In this document: one piece after another, positions 35,858-45,285 of the stretch
How positions within the stretch are numbered: position 1 is the stretch's first letter
Layout of the letters: each line of letters starts with the position of its first letter
Origin: Minisyncoccota bacterium
GTDB taxonomy: Bacteria > Patescibacteriota > Minisyncoccia > Minisyncoccales > GWA2-38-27
Direction of reading: 5' to 3'
Assembly (NCBI GenBank): GCA_028687715.1
Contig: JAQTZP010000001.1
Coordinates: 39,876-103,875, forward strand
DNA length: 64,000 bases
Program-made: the position numbers and the translations under genes
The notes under the pieces: model-generated
What the model was told of the DNA's origin: nothing
Databases searched by the model: none
What the model saw: the letters and a program-made list of their open reading frames with translations, nothing else

Positions 35858-35930
35858 CGGCCCCAACGGGAGTCGAACCCGTGTTACATGGTTGAGAACC
35901 ATGCGTCCTAAGCCGCTAGACGATGGGGCC
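35858..35930 (-). tRNA. tRNA-Glu (anticodon CTC)
   Basis: Reverse complement: GGCCCCA...CATGG-TTCTCAA-CCATG...ACGGGTTCGACTCCCGT-TGGGGCC-G. Confidence 0.85.
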
Positions 35931-36022
35931 AAGGGCTGAATTTATTATAATCTTATCATAAAATCTGCGCTCTGTCGATTACAAAGGGTTGTTATCTAAC
36001 TCTTTTCTATTATAATAGAGTA

Positions 36023-38662
36023 ATGTATTCAATAATTGGTTCAGCGAATTGGCATAATTTAGATTGGCAGGAAACTGCCAGGATTTTAGGTACTGATGTT
36101 AAAAGGGGACTTTCTGAAGACGAAGCTAAAAATAGACAAAAAGAATTCGGCAGGAATCTGCTTCCTAAAGAGAAGCCTTTGTCAAAATTATTGATTCTTT
36201 TAGGCCAGTTCAAAAGCCCTTTGATTTATATCCTTGTCATTGCCGGCTTTATCTGCCTTTTTCTGAAATCTATCGCAGACGCTGTTGTTATTTTCGGCGC
36301 TGTCTTTATAAACACCATTGTCGGATATATTCAGGAGTATAAGGCTTCAAATGCCTTAAAGGAGCTTAAAAAGGCGGTACGGGCAGAAGCAGAAGTAGTA
36401 AGAGATGGAAATACCAAGATGATAGATTCAGAAGACGTTATTCCAGGCGATATCATTATTTTAAAAGCAGGAGATAAAGTTCCGGCAGATGCCAGGGTGT
36501 TTGAGAGTTATGAACTTAAGACCAATGAAATGGCTTTAAGCGGGGAGTGGCTTCCTGCAGATAAGAAAATAAGCAGTTTGGCGATAGAGACTCCCTTAGC
36601 TGACAGAGATAATATGGTTTATACAGGCACAGTTGTTGAATACGGAAAGGCTAAGGCTATTGCTGTTGCCATTGGTTCTGAAACAGAAATGGGCAAGGTG
36701 GCTAAAATGGTAAAAGAGACCAAAGAAGGAAAAACTCCTCTTCAGAAAAAAATATCCTATTTCTCTAAAATAATCTCAGCAGTTATTTTTCTAATCTGTA
36801 TCTTAATTTTAATAGAAGGCATTCTGACCGGGAATGATTTTTTAGAGATTTTTACGGTTTCTATTGCCGTAGCAGTAGCAGCTATTCCTGAAGGGCTTCC
36901 GATAGCTATGACCGTGATACTGGCAATAGGAATGCACAGGATTCTAAAAAAGAAAGGGCTGGTTAGAAAGCTCTTAGCAGCTGAAACGCTTGGAGGGACA
37001 AGCATTATCTGCACTGACAAGACCAGAACGCTTACTGAAGGGAAAATGATGGTTTCTGAAGTAATTGCCGGAGCTCAGTTCTTTAATAAAAACGATGCGA
37101 ATAAACTTCTTGTTTTAAAAATGGCTGCGTTAAATAATGAGGCTTTTATTGAAAACCCCGAGGAAACGACTAAAAAATGGATTATCCAGGGCAGGCCTAC
37201 TGACAAGGCCCTGCTTTTGGCGGGCATGGAGGCTGGATTTAATAAAAAAGAGCTGGAAAAACAGCTTTTGCCTGTCGCTGAGGTTCCTTTCGATTCAAAG
37301 GAAAAATATATGGCCCGCGCTTTTGAGATTAATAAAAGAGAAGATATTATTTATGTTTCAGGCGCTCCTGAAAAGATATTAAAGATGTCAAAATATGTAA
37401 TATTTTCCAGTAAGGAAAAACTACTTAATAAGAAATCAAGAAAAGAAATAGAGGATAAAATAAACGGGCTTGCTAAAAAGGGATTAAGAATAATCGGCTT
37501 TTCATATAAGAAAGTTAAAAATGTGAGAGACCTTTTCAACGATTTAGTCTTTGTAGGTTTGATTGCCCTAAAAGACCCTATCAGAAAGGAAGCTAAAGGA
37601 GCTATAGAGGCTTCAAGAAAAGCCGGAATGAAGCCCATTATTGTTACCGGCGACCATAAATTAACAGCAAAAGTGGTGGCAGAAGAGCTTGGATTTAAAA
37701 TAAATGGAAATAATATAATAGAAGGAAAAGATTTGGATATTCTTTCCGATAAAGAATTAAAAGAAAGATTAAAAGAGATAGAGATTTATGCCAGAGTTGA
37801 ACCTCGCCATAAAATGAGGATTATTGAAGCTTGGCAGGATCAAGGCGAGATAGTGGCAATGACCGGAGACGGAATCAATGACACTCCTGCTTTAAAAAAG
37901 GCTGATATAGGGATAGCTCTTGGCTCCGGAACTGAAGTTGCCAAAGGAGCCTCTGATTTAGTGCTTCTAAGCGATAATTTCAATGTTATTGTTGCTGCGA
38001 TAAAAGAAGGAAGAAAGATTATTGATAATGTCAGAAAAGTTATAACGTATCTTCTTTCTGATTCGTTCACTGAAACTATTTTAGTCAGTGGTGCTTTATT
38101 CTTCGGCTATCCTCTGCCAATTACCGCTGTTCAGATTCTTTGGGTCAATATTGTTGAGGATGGACTGCCTGACCTTGCTTTGGCTTTTGAGCCTGCTGAA
38201 AAAGATGTAATGAAGCTTAAGCCTGAAGATTATAAAAAAGAGCTTTTAACAAAAGAGATGAAAATCCTTATCTTTCTAATAGGGTTAGTCACAGATATAA
38301 TCTTATTAGGGTTATTCTTTGTTCTCTTTAATTATTCCGGATACGAAATAGGGCATATAAGGTCAGTAATCTTTGCCGCCTTGACAATCGATTCTCTTTT
38401 CACGGTTTTTTCTCTAAAAAGCCTGAGAAAGAATATATGGCAGATAGATATTTTCTCAAACAAGCTTTTGGTTTTTTCCTGGATATTCGGAGTTTTAATG
38501 ATTTTATCAGCCCTTTATATCCCAGTTTTAAATTCTTTTTTGAAAACTCAGCCCCTTAATTTCTACGATATGGTTTTTGTTTTTTCTTTAGGAATAATCC
38601 ATCTATTTTTAGTTGAGATGACAAAGTGGCTATTTATTGTAAAACCAGATAGAATTAAATAA
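36023..38662 (+). CDS. P-type cation-transporting ATPase (Ca2+/P2-like) with DKTRT in place of DKTGT
   Basis: TGE-type actuator region, ICTDKTRTLT, MTGDGINDTPALKKADIGIA, about 10 TM helices. Confidence 0.85.
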   Translation: MYSIIGSANWHNLDWQETARILGTDVKRGLSEDEAKNRQKEFGRNLLPKEKPLSKLLILLGQFKSPLIYILVIAGFICLFLKSIADAVVIFGAVFINTIVGYIQEYKASNALKELKKAVRAEAEVVRDGNTKMIDSEDVIPGDIIILKAGDKVPADARVFESYELKTNEMALSGEWLPADKKISSLAIETPLADRDNMVYTGTVVEYGKAKAIAVAIGSETEMGKVAKMVKETKEGKTPLQKKISYFSKIISAVIFLICILILIEGILTGNDFLEIFTVSIAVAVAAIPEGLPIAMTVILAIGMHRILKKKGLVRKLLAAETLGGTSIICTDKTRTLTEGKMMVSEVIAGAQFFNKNDANKLLVLKMAALNNEAFIENPEETTKKWIIQGRPTDKALLLAGMEAGFNKKELEKQLLPVAEVPFDSKEKYMARAFEINKREDIIYVSGAPEKILKMSKYVIFSSKEKLLNKKSRKEIEDKINGLAKKGLRIIGFSYKKVKNVRDLFNDLVFVGLIALKDPIRKEAKGAIEASRKAGMKPIIVTGDHKLTAKVVAEELGFKINGNNIIEGKDLDILSDKELKERLKEIEIYARVEPRHKMRIIEAWQDQGEIVAMTGDGINDTPALKKADIGIALGSGTEVAKGASDLVLLSDNFNVIVAAIKEGRKIIDNVRKVITYLLSDSFTETILVSGALFFGYPLPITAVQILWVNIVEDGLPDLALAFEPAEKDVMKLKPEDYKKELLTKEMKILIFLIGLVTDIILLGLFFVLFNYSGYEIGHIRSVIFAALTIDSLFTVFSLKSLRKNIWQIDIFSNKLLVFSWIFGVLMILSALYIPVLNSFLKTQPLNFYDMVFVFSLGIIHLFLVEMTKWLFIVKPDRIK

Positions 38663-38664
38663 AT

Positions 38665-39627
38665 ATGCTTTTTATATACATTCTAATTTTTATACTTTCT
38701 TGTTTTCTTTTGTTTTTTTCGGGTTCTAGAATAATAAAATCCTTGATAAATCTTGCCGTATTTTTGAATTGGCGTGAGTTTGTAGTCGCCTTTTTTGTTA
38801 TGGCTTTTGCTGCTTCTCTGCCTAATTTATTTGTCGGAATAACTTCTGCCCTTAACGGGATTCCTCAGCTTTCTTTTGGAGATGTGGCGGGCAACAACAT
38901 AGTAGCTTTAACCTTAGCAGTGGCATTTGCCTCTTTCTTTTCTAAAAAGGGCGGGGGACTGATGGCTAAAAGCAAAGCAATTCAGACAACTTCTTTTTTT
39001 ACTATTATTTCTGCTGTTATGCCTTTTCTTCTAATTTCAGACGGCGAACTTTCAAGATTAGACGGCATTATCCTTATAGGCTTCTTTTTTCTTTTTGTTT
39101 TTTGGCTTTTTTCAAAGAAAGAGAGGTTCATTAAATTTTATAAGAATAATTCTGGCGTTAAAGATGTTAAGTTTTTCTTAAAAGACTTAATAAATATTAT
39201 TTTAGGATTATTAATTTTAATTCTTTCTGCTCAAGGGATTGTTATCTCAGCTAAGTTTATTTCAATAAGTCTAAATCTATCAATAGTTTTGGTAGGTATT
39301 TTAATTACCGGTTTTGGAAGTGCATTGCCGGAGATTTATTTTGCGGTAATATCAGCAAGAAAAGGAGAGGGCTGGATGGTTTTAGGCGATTTGATGGGAG
39401 CAGTGATAATTCCAGCTACCTTAGTCTTAGGCATTGTAAGTTTGATTTGTCCTATTAAAGCAGAAAGCCTGCCTTCTTTTGCCATAGCCAGGATTTTTCT
39501 TATAATCTCAGCTGTTTTCTTCTTGATAGCAGTAAGAACTGATAAAAAAATAACCAAGAAAGAAGGCGTATTTCTTCTTTTAATCTATATTCTATTTATA
39601 ATAACCGAGCTTTACTTTAAGGATTAA
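38665..39627 (+). CDS. Ca2+/Na+ antiporter family (CaCA, YrbG-like) membrane protein
   Basis: Two alpha-repeat-like motifs: GDVAGNNIVALTL and GFGSALPE...GDLMGAVI. Confidence 0.7.
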   Translation: MLFIYILIFILSCFLLFFSGSRIIKSLINLAVFLNWREFVVAFFVMAFAASLPNLFVGITSALNGIPQLSFGDVAGNNIVALTLAVAFASFFSKKGGGLMAKSKAIQTTSFFTIISAVMPFLLISDGELSRLDGIILIGFFFLFVFWLFSKKERFIKFYKNNSGVKDVKFFLKDLINIILGLLILILSAQGIVISAKFISISLNLSIVLVGILITGFGSALPEIYFAVISARKGEGWMVLGDLMGAVIIPATLVLGIVSLICPIKAESLPSFAIARIFLIISAVFFLIAVRTDKKITKKEGVFLLLIYILFIITELYFKD

Positions 39628-39720
39628 AAAGCGTCTTTGGCAAGATCAAGATAATATAGATGAAAATCTAAATTAATAGAAATCATTGATTTTTATCATA
39701 AATTATTATAATTTTAACTT

Positions 39721-40749
39721 ATGGAAGAAATAATAATCTTTTTTTTAGCTTTTGTTATCATTGCTTTATCAGCAGTAATTTTTATTATCCTAAAGAAGCC
39801 TAAAGAAGACGACCAGCCGCTTCTTATGCTGCAGGAGCAGTTAAACCATATTGGACAACTGATGGACAATAAGCTGTCTGAGTCAAGCAGGACCATAGAA
39901 AACCAATTTACTCAAAGCGCGAATATCATAAGGGATGTTACAGAAAAATTAACCAGGCTTGATGAAACCAACAAGCAGGTTGTAAGTTTTGCCGACCAGC
40001 TTAAAAATCTTCAGGATATTTTGAAAAACCCTAAGCAAAGAGGCGTTTTAGGGGAGTATTATCTTGAGACAGTATTAAAGAATGTTCTGCCTCCGGGGTC
40101 ATACAAGATGCAGCATCAGTTCAAAGATGGATTGGTTGTTGACGCTGTTGTTTTAATAGACAAAAAGGTTATTCCCATAGATTCAAAGTTCTCATTGGAG
40201 AATTACAATAGGATGATTGAGACCCGCAATCCTGAAGAAAAAGAGAGATATGAAAAATCTTTTATCTCTGACCTTAAAATAAGGATTGATGAGACTTCGA
40301 AATATATAAAGCCTGAAGAGAAAACAATGGATTTCGCTTTTATGTTTATTCCTTCTGAAGCAGTTTATTACGACCTTTTAATCAATAAAGTAGGAGCTAT
40401 TGCTGATGAAACCAGCAACCTGTTGAATTATGCCTTAAGAAAGAAAGTAATAGTTGTTTCTCCGACTTCTTTTTTAGCTTACCTTCAAACAGTTCTTCAA
40501 GGATTAAGAGGCCAGAGAATTTCAGAGCAGGCCCAGGAGGTAATAAAGAGGGTGGAAAGACTGGGAAAGCATATAGCAGTTTATAATGAATTTGTAAAAA
40601 GGCTTGGGGCAAATCTTTCAACAACTGTTTCAAGCTACAATAAATCTTACAAAGAGCTTGCCAAGATAGATAAAGATGTGGTAAGAATTACAGATGGGAA
40701 GCCTTCAATTAAAATAAAGGAGGTTGAAGGCCCTTTATTAGAAGATTAA
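39721..40749 (+). CDS. rmuC: DNA recombination protein RmuC
   Basis: N-terminal TM helix, coiled coil, GVLGEYYLETVL, DAVVLIDKKVIPIDSKF, AFMFIPSEAVYY. Confidence 0.8.
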   Translation: MEEIIIFFLAFVIIALSAVIFIILKKPKEDDQPLLMLQEQLNHIGQLMDNKLSESSRTIENQFTQSANIIRDVTEKLTRLDETNKQVVSFADQLKNLQDILKNPKQRGVLGEYYLETVLKNVLPPGSYKMQHQFKDGLVVDAVVLIDKKVIPIDSKFSLENYNRMIETRNPEEKERYEKSFISDLKIRIDETSKYIKPEEKTMDFAFMFIPSEAVYYDLLINKVGAIADETSNLLNYALRKKVIVVSPTSFLAYLQTVLQGLRGQRISEQAQEVIKRVERLGKHIAVYNEFVKRLGANLSTTVSSYNKSYKELAKIDKDVVRITDGKPSIKIKEVEGPLLED

Positions 40750-40763
40750 TTTAATTAAAATAT

Positions 40764-41078
40764 ATGCTGGCAGTAATTAAAACAGGGGGCAAGCAATATC
40801 TTGTTTCGCCCAAGGAAAAAATAAAGATTGAGAAAATTAAAGGAGACAGCGGCAGGGAAGTATCTTTTAAAGAAGTCTTATTATTAGAGAAGAATAAGAA
40901 AATAGAGATTGGAACTCCTTTGGTAAAAGGGGCTAAAGTCATTGGAAAGATATTGAATCAGGGAAAAGATAAGAAAGTGATTGTTTTTAAACATAAATCA
41001 AAGACTAGATACAGAAAGAAAAAAGGCCATCGTCAGCCTTTTACCGAGATAGAGATTACTTCTATTGAGACTGAATAA
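40764..41078 (+). CDS. rplU: Ribosomal protein L21
   Basis: MLAVIKTGGKQYLVSPKEKIKIEKI ... KKKGHRQPFTEIEI. Confidence 0.9.
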   Translation: MLAVIKTGGKQYLVSPKEKIKIEKIKGDSGREVSFKEVLLLEKNKKIEIGTPLVKGAKVIGKILNQGKDKKVIVFKHKSKTRYRKKKGHRQPFTEIEITSIETE

Positions 41079-41105
41079 AACCCGAGAATTATTCTCGGGT
41101 TTTTT
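41079..41105 (+). terminator. Intrinsic terminator after rplU
   Basis: CCCGAGAAT-T-ATTCTCGGG followed by TTTTTT. Confidence 0.75.
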
Positions 41106-41226
41106 AGAATTTGGTGAATAATATTCTTTTTTAACTGTAAAACAAAAGCCCTTTGCAAATCGTTGAGACGAAATGCAAAGGGTTAAAAGTCCAAGGCCAA
41201 AGAGCAAAAGCTCAAAGTCCAAAGGA

Positions 41227-41745
41227 CTAACTTGAAGATACCTGCGAGACAGCCGATAAGCTCCCGACAAGCCAGTCGTCGACGAGCCAGCCGTCGATCC
41301 AGGGGAAGAGATCACCACCGCAGCGGTAAAGGTACAGCACGCTCCGGCGGCTAAACGGCGGCTGAAGCACAAGACCAGGAAAGTCGATGAAGGTAATCCC
41401 CTTGGTCTTGTAAAGCTGCTCCAGGACGCTGGCTTTCTTCTCCTCTTTCTCCTGGTAATCATTCCAGAGAGAAAGGAACGCCCGACCGCCCAGACGCACT
41501 TTACCGCCAACCTTCAGATGCTTCAATCTCTCTTCCCCGGTAATCGATGACTCGCCCTCTTTCAGGCAAGTCTCGAAATCCACCGTGGACCAGTCCAGTT
41601 CATTGATGCCGTCCTCGCGTTCATCGCGCTCAATGACCTTCCAGTCCTTGCCGACGAATTCAGCGGGGTTAAAGTTGGGGGCCAGCTTAAGGACGAACGA
41701 CGTAACGGTAGCCGTCATCTCACACCATCCTTTCTTTTCCTGCAC
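41227..41745 (-). CDS. G+C-rich hypothetical protein, paralog of 44645..45229 (start may be the internal ATG at 41718)
   Basis: Shares WK/R-V/I...LDWSTVDF/VDFSKVDF...LW.DY...SVLE..Y..KGI...F.G pattern with 44645..45229. Own terminator CCCTTTGCA...TGCAAAGGG plus CTTTTGTTTT on the minus strand (41176-41140). Confidence 0.55.
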   Translation of the reverse strand: MQEKKGWCEMTATVTSFVLKLAPNFNPAEFVGKDWKVIERDEREDGINELDWSTVDFETCLKEGESSITGEERLKHLKVGGKVRLGGRAFLSLWNDYQEKEEKKASVLEQLYKTKGITFIDFPGLVLQPPFSRRSVLYLYRCGGDLFPWIDGWLVDDWLVGSLSAVSQVSSS

Positions 41746-42025
41746 GCTTTTAGTCTCAGAACACCCGAGATTTTAAGCAATGCACTAGGATACATCTTTT
41801 AAAACACCTCTTAATGTTTTACACCTCTTAATGTTTTAAAAGATATATCCTATTCGCAAGTATTATATTAACTATATAAAGAACTATGTCTTAGATATTA
41901 GCACATATTAGCGTTTGTGTCAATGGAAATGTTTGGGGCTTATTATCTAGTCCCTAGGAACGTCTTAGCAGCAAAGGGGCGGTTTCGTACGATGCGATTC
42001 CGCCCCGCTTTTTTTTATTTCCCCC

Positions 42026-42679
42026 TTATTTTCTTCCCTCAAAAGCGCTTGATAATGTTTCTTCATCAGCATATTCAAGCTCTCCTCCTGTAGGCAGTCC
42101 TTTGGCTAAGCGGGTTATTTTAGGCATTTCCTTATTGTTCGGCATCTGAACTGATTTCAGTCTTCTTTCAATGTATAGAGCTGTTGTATCTCCTTCAGTG
42201 GTAGGATTAGTGGCAATGATGATTTCTTTAAAGTCAGCATCTGAAAGGCCAAAGGTTTTTGGGGTTTTAATTCTTTCTTCCAGCTCCTTGACCCTTATCT
42301 TCTCTAATTCTTCTTCTCTTAATCCTGAAACAGCTCCTCCTAAGATAAAATATATTCCTTTATACTTCTTAGTCTTTTCAATAGAGATTAAATCGCTTTC
42401 TTTTTCTACTAAACACAACAGACCTCTGTTTCTGGTTTTATCTCTGCATATAGGGCATAAGGCTTCATTTTCAGACAGCTCTATTAAGTCATAGGGATTA
42501 AAGCAGAAAGCGCATATTTTAATCATTTTTTTAAGATTAGTCATTTCATTAATTAATTCATTAAATTTATCCTGGGGCATTTTAATAAGGTAGTAAACAA
42601 AACGGCTCGCTGTCCGCGGCCCTACAGTTGGAAACTTTGAAAATAAATCTATAACTTTTTGGATAAGAGGGGATATCAT
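42026..42679 (-). CDS. recR: Recombination protein RecR
   Basis: FPTVGPRTASRFVYYL, zinc finger CAFCFN...CPIC, Toprim region, GGELEYADEETL. Confidence 0.9.
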   Translation of the reverse strand: MISPLIQKVIDLFSKFPTVGPRTASRFVYYLIKMPQDKFNELINEMTNLKKMIKICAFCFNPYDLIELSENEALCPICRDKTRNRGLLCLVEKESDLISIEKTKKYKGIYFILGGAVSGLREEELEKIRVKELEERIKTPKTFGLSDADFKEIIIATNPTTEGDTTALYIERRLKSVQMPNNKEMPKITRLAKGLPTGGELEYADEETLSSAFEGRK

Positions 42680-42691
42680 TATTTTTAATTA

Positions 42692-44089
42692 TCAGCCTGT
42701 AGCGTATTCATCTTGATTTAATTCTTCCTGTGGATATTCGTGCTTTTCAAGGTTTCTAAATGAAGCCCTTTGTTCGTCAAAATAAAGCTCAATTTTTCCA
42801 ACAGGTCCGTTTCTGTGCTTGGCAATGATTATATCAGCGATATTTTTTCTTGTTGTGTCTTCCCTGTATCTGTCTTCTCTGTAGATAAACAAAACAACAT
42901 CTGCGTCCTGTTCTAAAGAGCCCGATTCCCGCAGATCAGCTAAGCGGGGAACCTGAGGAGTTCTTTGTTCTACTGCTCTTGATAATTGGGACAGGGCTAA
43001 AACAGGGATATTAAGCTCTCTGGCTAAGATTTTTAAAGACCTGGATATTTCAGTAACCTGCTGGACCGGGCTGGCTGAAGGGTTTCTCGGCTCCATCAAT
43101 TGGAGATAGTCAATGATAAGCATTCCCAGACCCTTGTCAGCCTGAAGTCTTCTTGCCATTGCTCTCATCTGCAGGATATTTGATGAGGCGGCGTCATCGA
43201 TATAGATTGGGGCTTCAGACAGAATGCCCATAGACTGCTGGATTCTGGAGAAGTCGTTTTCTTCGCCCTCGCTTGAAAGTCTGCCTGTTCTTATCTTCCA
43301 TAAGTCAACATTGGAAAAATGAGATATCAGCCTGTCTACTATCTGGTCATTAGACATCTCCAAACTAAAGATTCCCACTGGTATTTTTTTTAAAGCAGCA
43401 ATATTTGCAGCAAAGTTCAAGGCCAGGCTTGATTTTCCCATAGACGGTCTTGAGGCTAAGATTATTAAGTCGGATTTTTGAAAGCCTGCCAGGATTTTAT
43501 CTAAATCATTAAATCCGCTGGGAACCCCCCTTAAGTCTCCTTGATGCTTTGATAATCGGTCAATTCTTTCAAAAGCCTCTTCAAGAGAATCTTTTACAAG
43601 GAGAAATTTCTGGGTCAGGCTTCCCTGGGCAATACTGAATATTTTCTGTTCTGCTTTATCTAAAAGAATATCAATATCTTCTTCTTCATTATGGCCGATT
43701 GAATCAATTTCCTTGCTGGCTTCAATTAAGTCTCTTAGAAGCCTTTTTCTATGGACTATTTTAGCGTAATTAGAAATATGGGTTGAGGTTGGGACAAAGT
43801 TTACAAGCTCTGTTAAATAGCTGGTTCCTCCTATTTCTTCTAAGAGGTTTTTTTCTTTCAGTCTGCCCGAGACAGCTAATAGGTCAATAGGCTCTTGCCT
43901 TTCAAACAGCTCTATGACTGTTTGATATATTTCCTGATGATTCTTTCTGTAGAAATCTTTTACCGAAAGAAAATCAGCAACTTTTATAATCGCATTTTTA
44001 TCAATAAGAAGAGCGCCTAAAACCGATTTCTCGGCTTCAATGCTTTGAGGGGGGATAATAGACTCTTTGTTTTTTAAATTATTCTCCAT
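42692..44089 (-). CDS. dnaB: Replicative DNA helicase DnaB
   Basis: PPQSIEAEKSVLGALL, GFNDLD, ASRPSMGKSSLALN, IIDYLQLM, LSQLSRAVEQR. Confidence 0.9.
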   Translation of the reverse strand: MENNLKNKESIIPPQSIEAEKSVLGALLIDKNAIIKVADFLSVKDFYRKNHQEIYQTVIELFERQEPIDLLAVSGRLKEKNLLEEIGGTSYLTELVNFVPTSTHISNYAKIVHRKRLLRDLIEASKEIDSIGHNEEEDIDILLDKAEQKIFSIAQGSLTQKFLLVKDSLEEAFERIDRLSKHQGDLRGVPSGFNDLDKILAGFQKSDLIILASRPSMGKSSLALNFAANIAALKKIPVGIFSLEMSNDQIVDRLISHFSNVDLWKIRTGRLSSEGEENDFSRIQQSMGILSEAPIYIDDAASSNILQMRAMARRLQADKGLGMLIIDYLQLMEPRNPSASPVQQVTEISRSLKILARELNIPVLALSQLSRAVEQRTPQVPRLADLRESGSLEQDADVVLFIYREDRYREDTTRKNIADIIIAKHRNGPVGKIELYFDEQRASFRNLEKHEYPQEELNQDEYATG

Positions 44090-44228
44090 ACCTTATCTAT
44101 AACAGAAAGCAAAACTGCTGACAAGATATTGACAATTACGATAAAATATGTTATATAATTAGTAGTGATAAGGACCCCCAGAGTCCTTTTTGCAAAACAG
44201 GCTTTTGGCATACAGGAGGAAGGACGCC

Positions 44229-44483
44229 ATGGCCATTATCGCGGGACGTGCAAACGGCAGGGGTGCGGGTTTGCGGCTTGTTCTGCCTGATTTCAGGCTG
44301 GAGCAGGTCAAAGAAGAGGTTCGGATTCACGGCAGGGTGGCCTTGGACAACAGGGTCAATCGGGCCAAGATGTCCGAACAGGAAGCCACTCGTCTTCGCG
44401 AGATCGCGGAGGGGCTTGAGCGTGAGGCAGAGCGGCTTTACGAAGAGGCCCGTCTGGTACGGCGGGCGATTACATCAAAATGA
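44229..44483 (+). CDS. G+C-rich small hypothetical protein (84 aa from the ATG at 44229), coiled-coil C-terminus
   Basis: RBS caggaggaagg precedes the ATG at 44229. Upstream promoter has TTGACA at 44130. Terminator GCCCTGACA...TGTCAGGGC plus TTTTTTA at 44509-44549. Confidence 0.45.
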   Translation: MAIIAGRANGRGAGLRLVLPDFRLEQVKEEVRIHGRVALDNRVNRAKMSEQEATRLREIAEGLEREAERLYEEARLVRRAITSK

Positions 44484-44644
44484 ATCATGCTCAGTGACCC
44501 AACGAGAAGCCCTGACAGCTTTAATTAAGAGTTGTCAGGGCATTTTTTATTTCTTTGACACAAAGAAGATAAAGGTATATAAGGTTAATTAGCAAGATGG
44601 AGGACGTCCTCTATCGTTTAAACAAGCCTTGAGGAGAGAGTCTG

Positions 44645-45229
44645 ATGATGAATAAGCAGGTGATTGAATTAATTATAAAGCTCTTAGAAAATCTTTCTGG
44701 CGAAGAACATAAGAAATGGGAGCTGGGGCTTAGAAGAATGATTCTTGGACTTAATCCCTGGGAGGATCTTAGAATTAAAACTCGTCCTTTTGACCCTGAT
44801 AAGTTTTTGTGGATTAGTTGGAGGATTGTACCTGAAGAGCAGGATCAGAAGTCTGCTAGTCTCCAAGAAGTGGATTTCTCAAAAGTTGATTTCGCAGGCC
44901 GCTTAAAAGAGAAAGAGAATTTAATAAGCTGCAGACTGATGCTCAATCTTCTTAGGAAATCCAACCGCATCCTCTACGGAGCCAGCGTCTTTATGGGATT
45001 GTGGATGGATTACGAGCTTACCAAAGAAGACAGCGTTTTGGAGTTTATCTATAGGGAGAAGGGGATTGAATCTTTCTGTTTTCTCGGCGATGTTATTGAA
45101 GATCCATCGGGCGAGCAGAGAATTTTGTCTTTACGCCGCAATAAAATTAATGGGGAATGGTTATGGCAGTATTTCAAGCTTGATGAACCTCACTCTATTG
45201 CCGTAGTTTCCAAAGAAGAATCTTCTTAG
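44645..45229 (+). CDS. Hypothetical protein, paralog of 41227..41745
   Basis: See the paralog entry. Own promoter-like TTGACA at 44556, and a GAGGACGTCCTC palindrome in the leader. Confidence 0.5.
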   Translation: MMNKQVIELIIKLLENLSGEEHKKWELGLRRMILGLNPWEDLRIKTRPFDPDKFLWISWRIVPEEQDQKSASLQEVDFSKVDFAGRLKEKENLISCRLMLNLLRKSNRILYGASVFMGLWMDYELTKEDSVLEFIYREKGIESFCFLGDVIEDPSGEQRILSLRRNKINGEWLWQYFKLDEPHSIAVVSKEESS

Positions 45230-45285
45230 AAGCGCTCTTTCTTTCTCAAAGCTTCGGCCTCTCTTTATATCTTTAGAGGGGCTTT

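Noticed and set aside
40998-41510. 170-aa minus-strand ORF overlapping the 41227..41745 gene in another frame; similarly 44248..44592 overlapping 44229..44483
   Set aside because: These are alternative-frame ORFs, which arise easily in G+C-rich DNA. The chosen frames have RBS/terminator support and (for 41227) a paralog. The alternatives are Arg/Ser/Pro-rich low-complexity translations.
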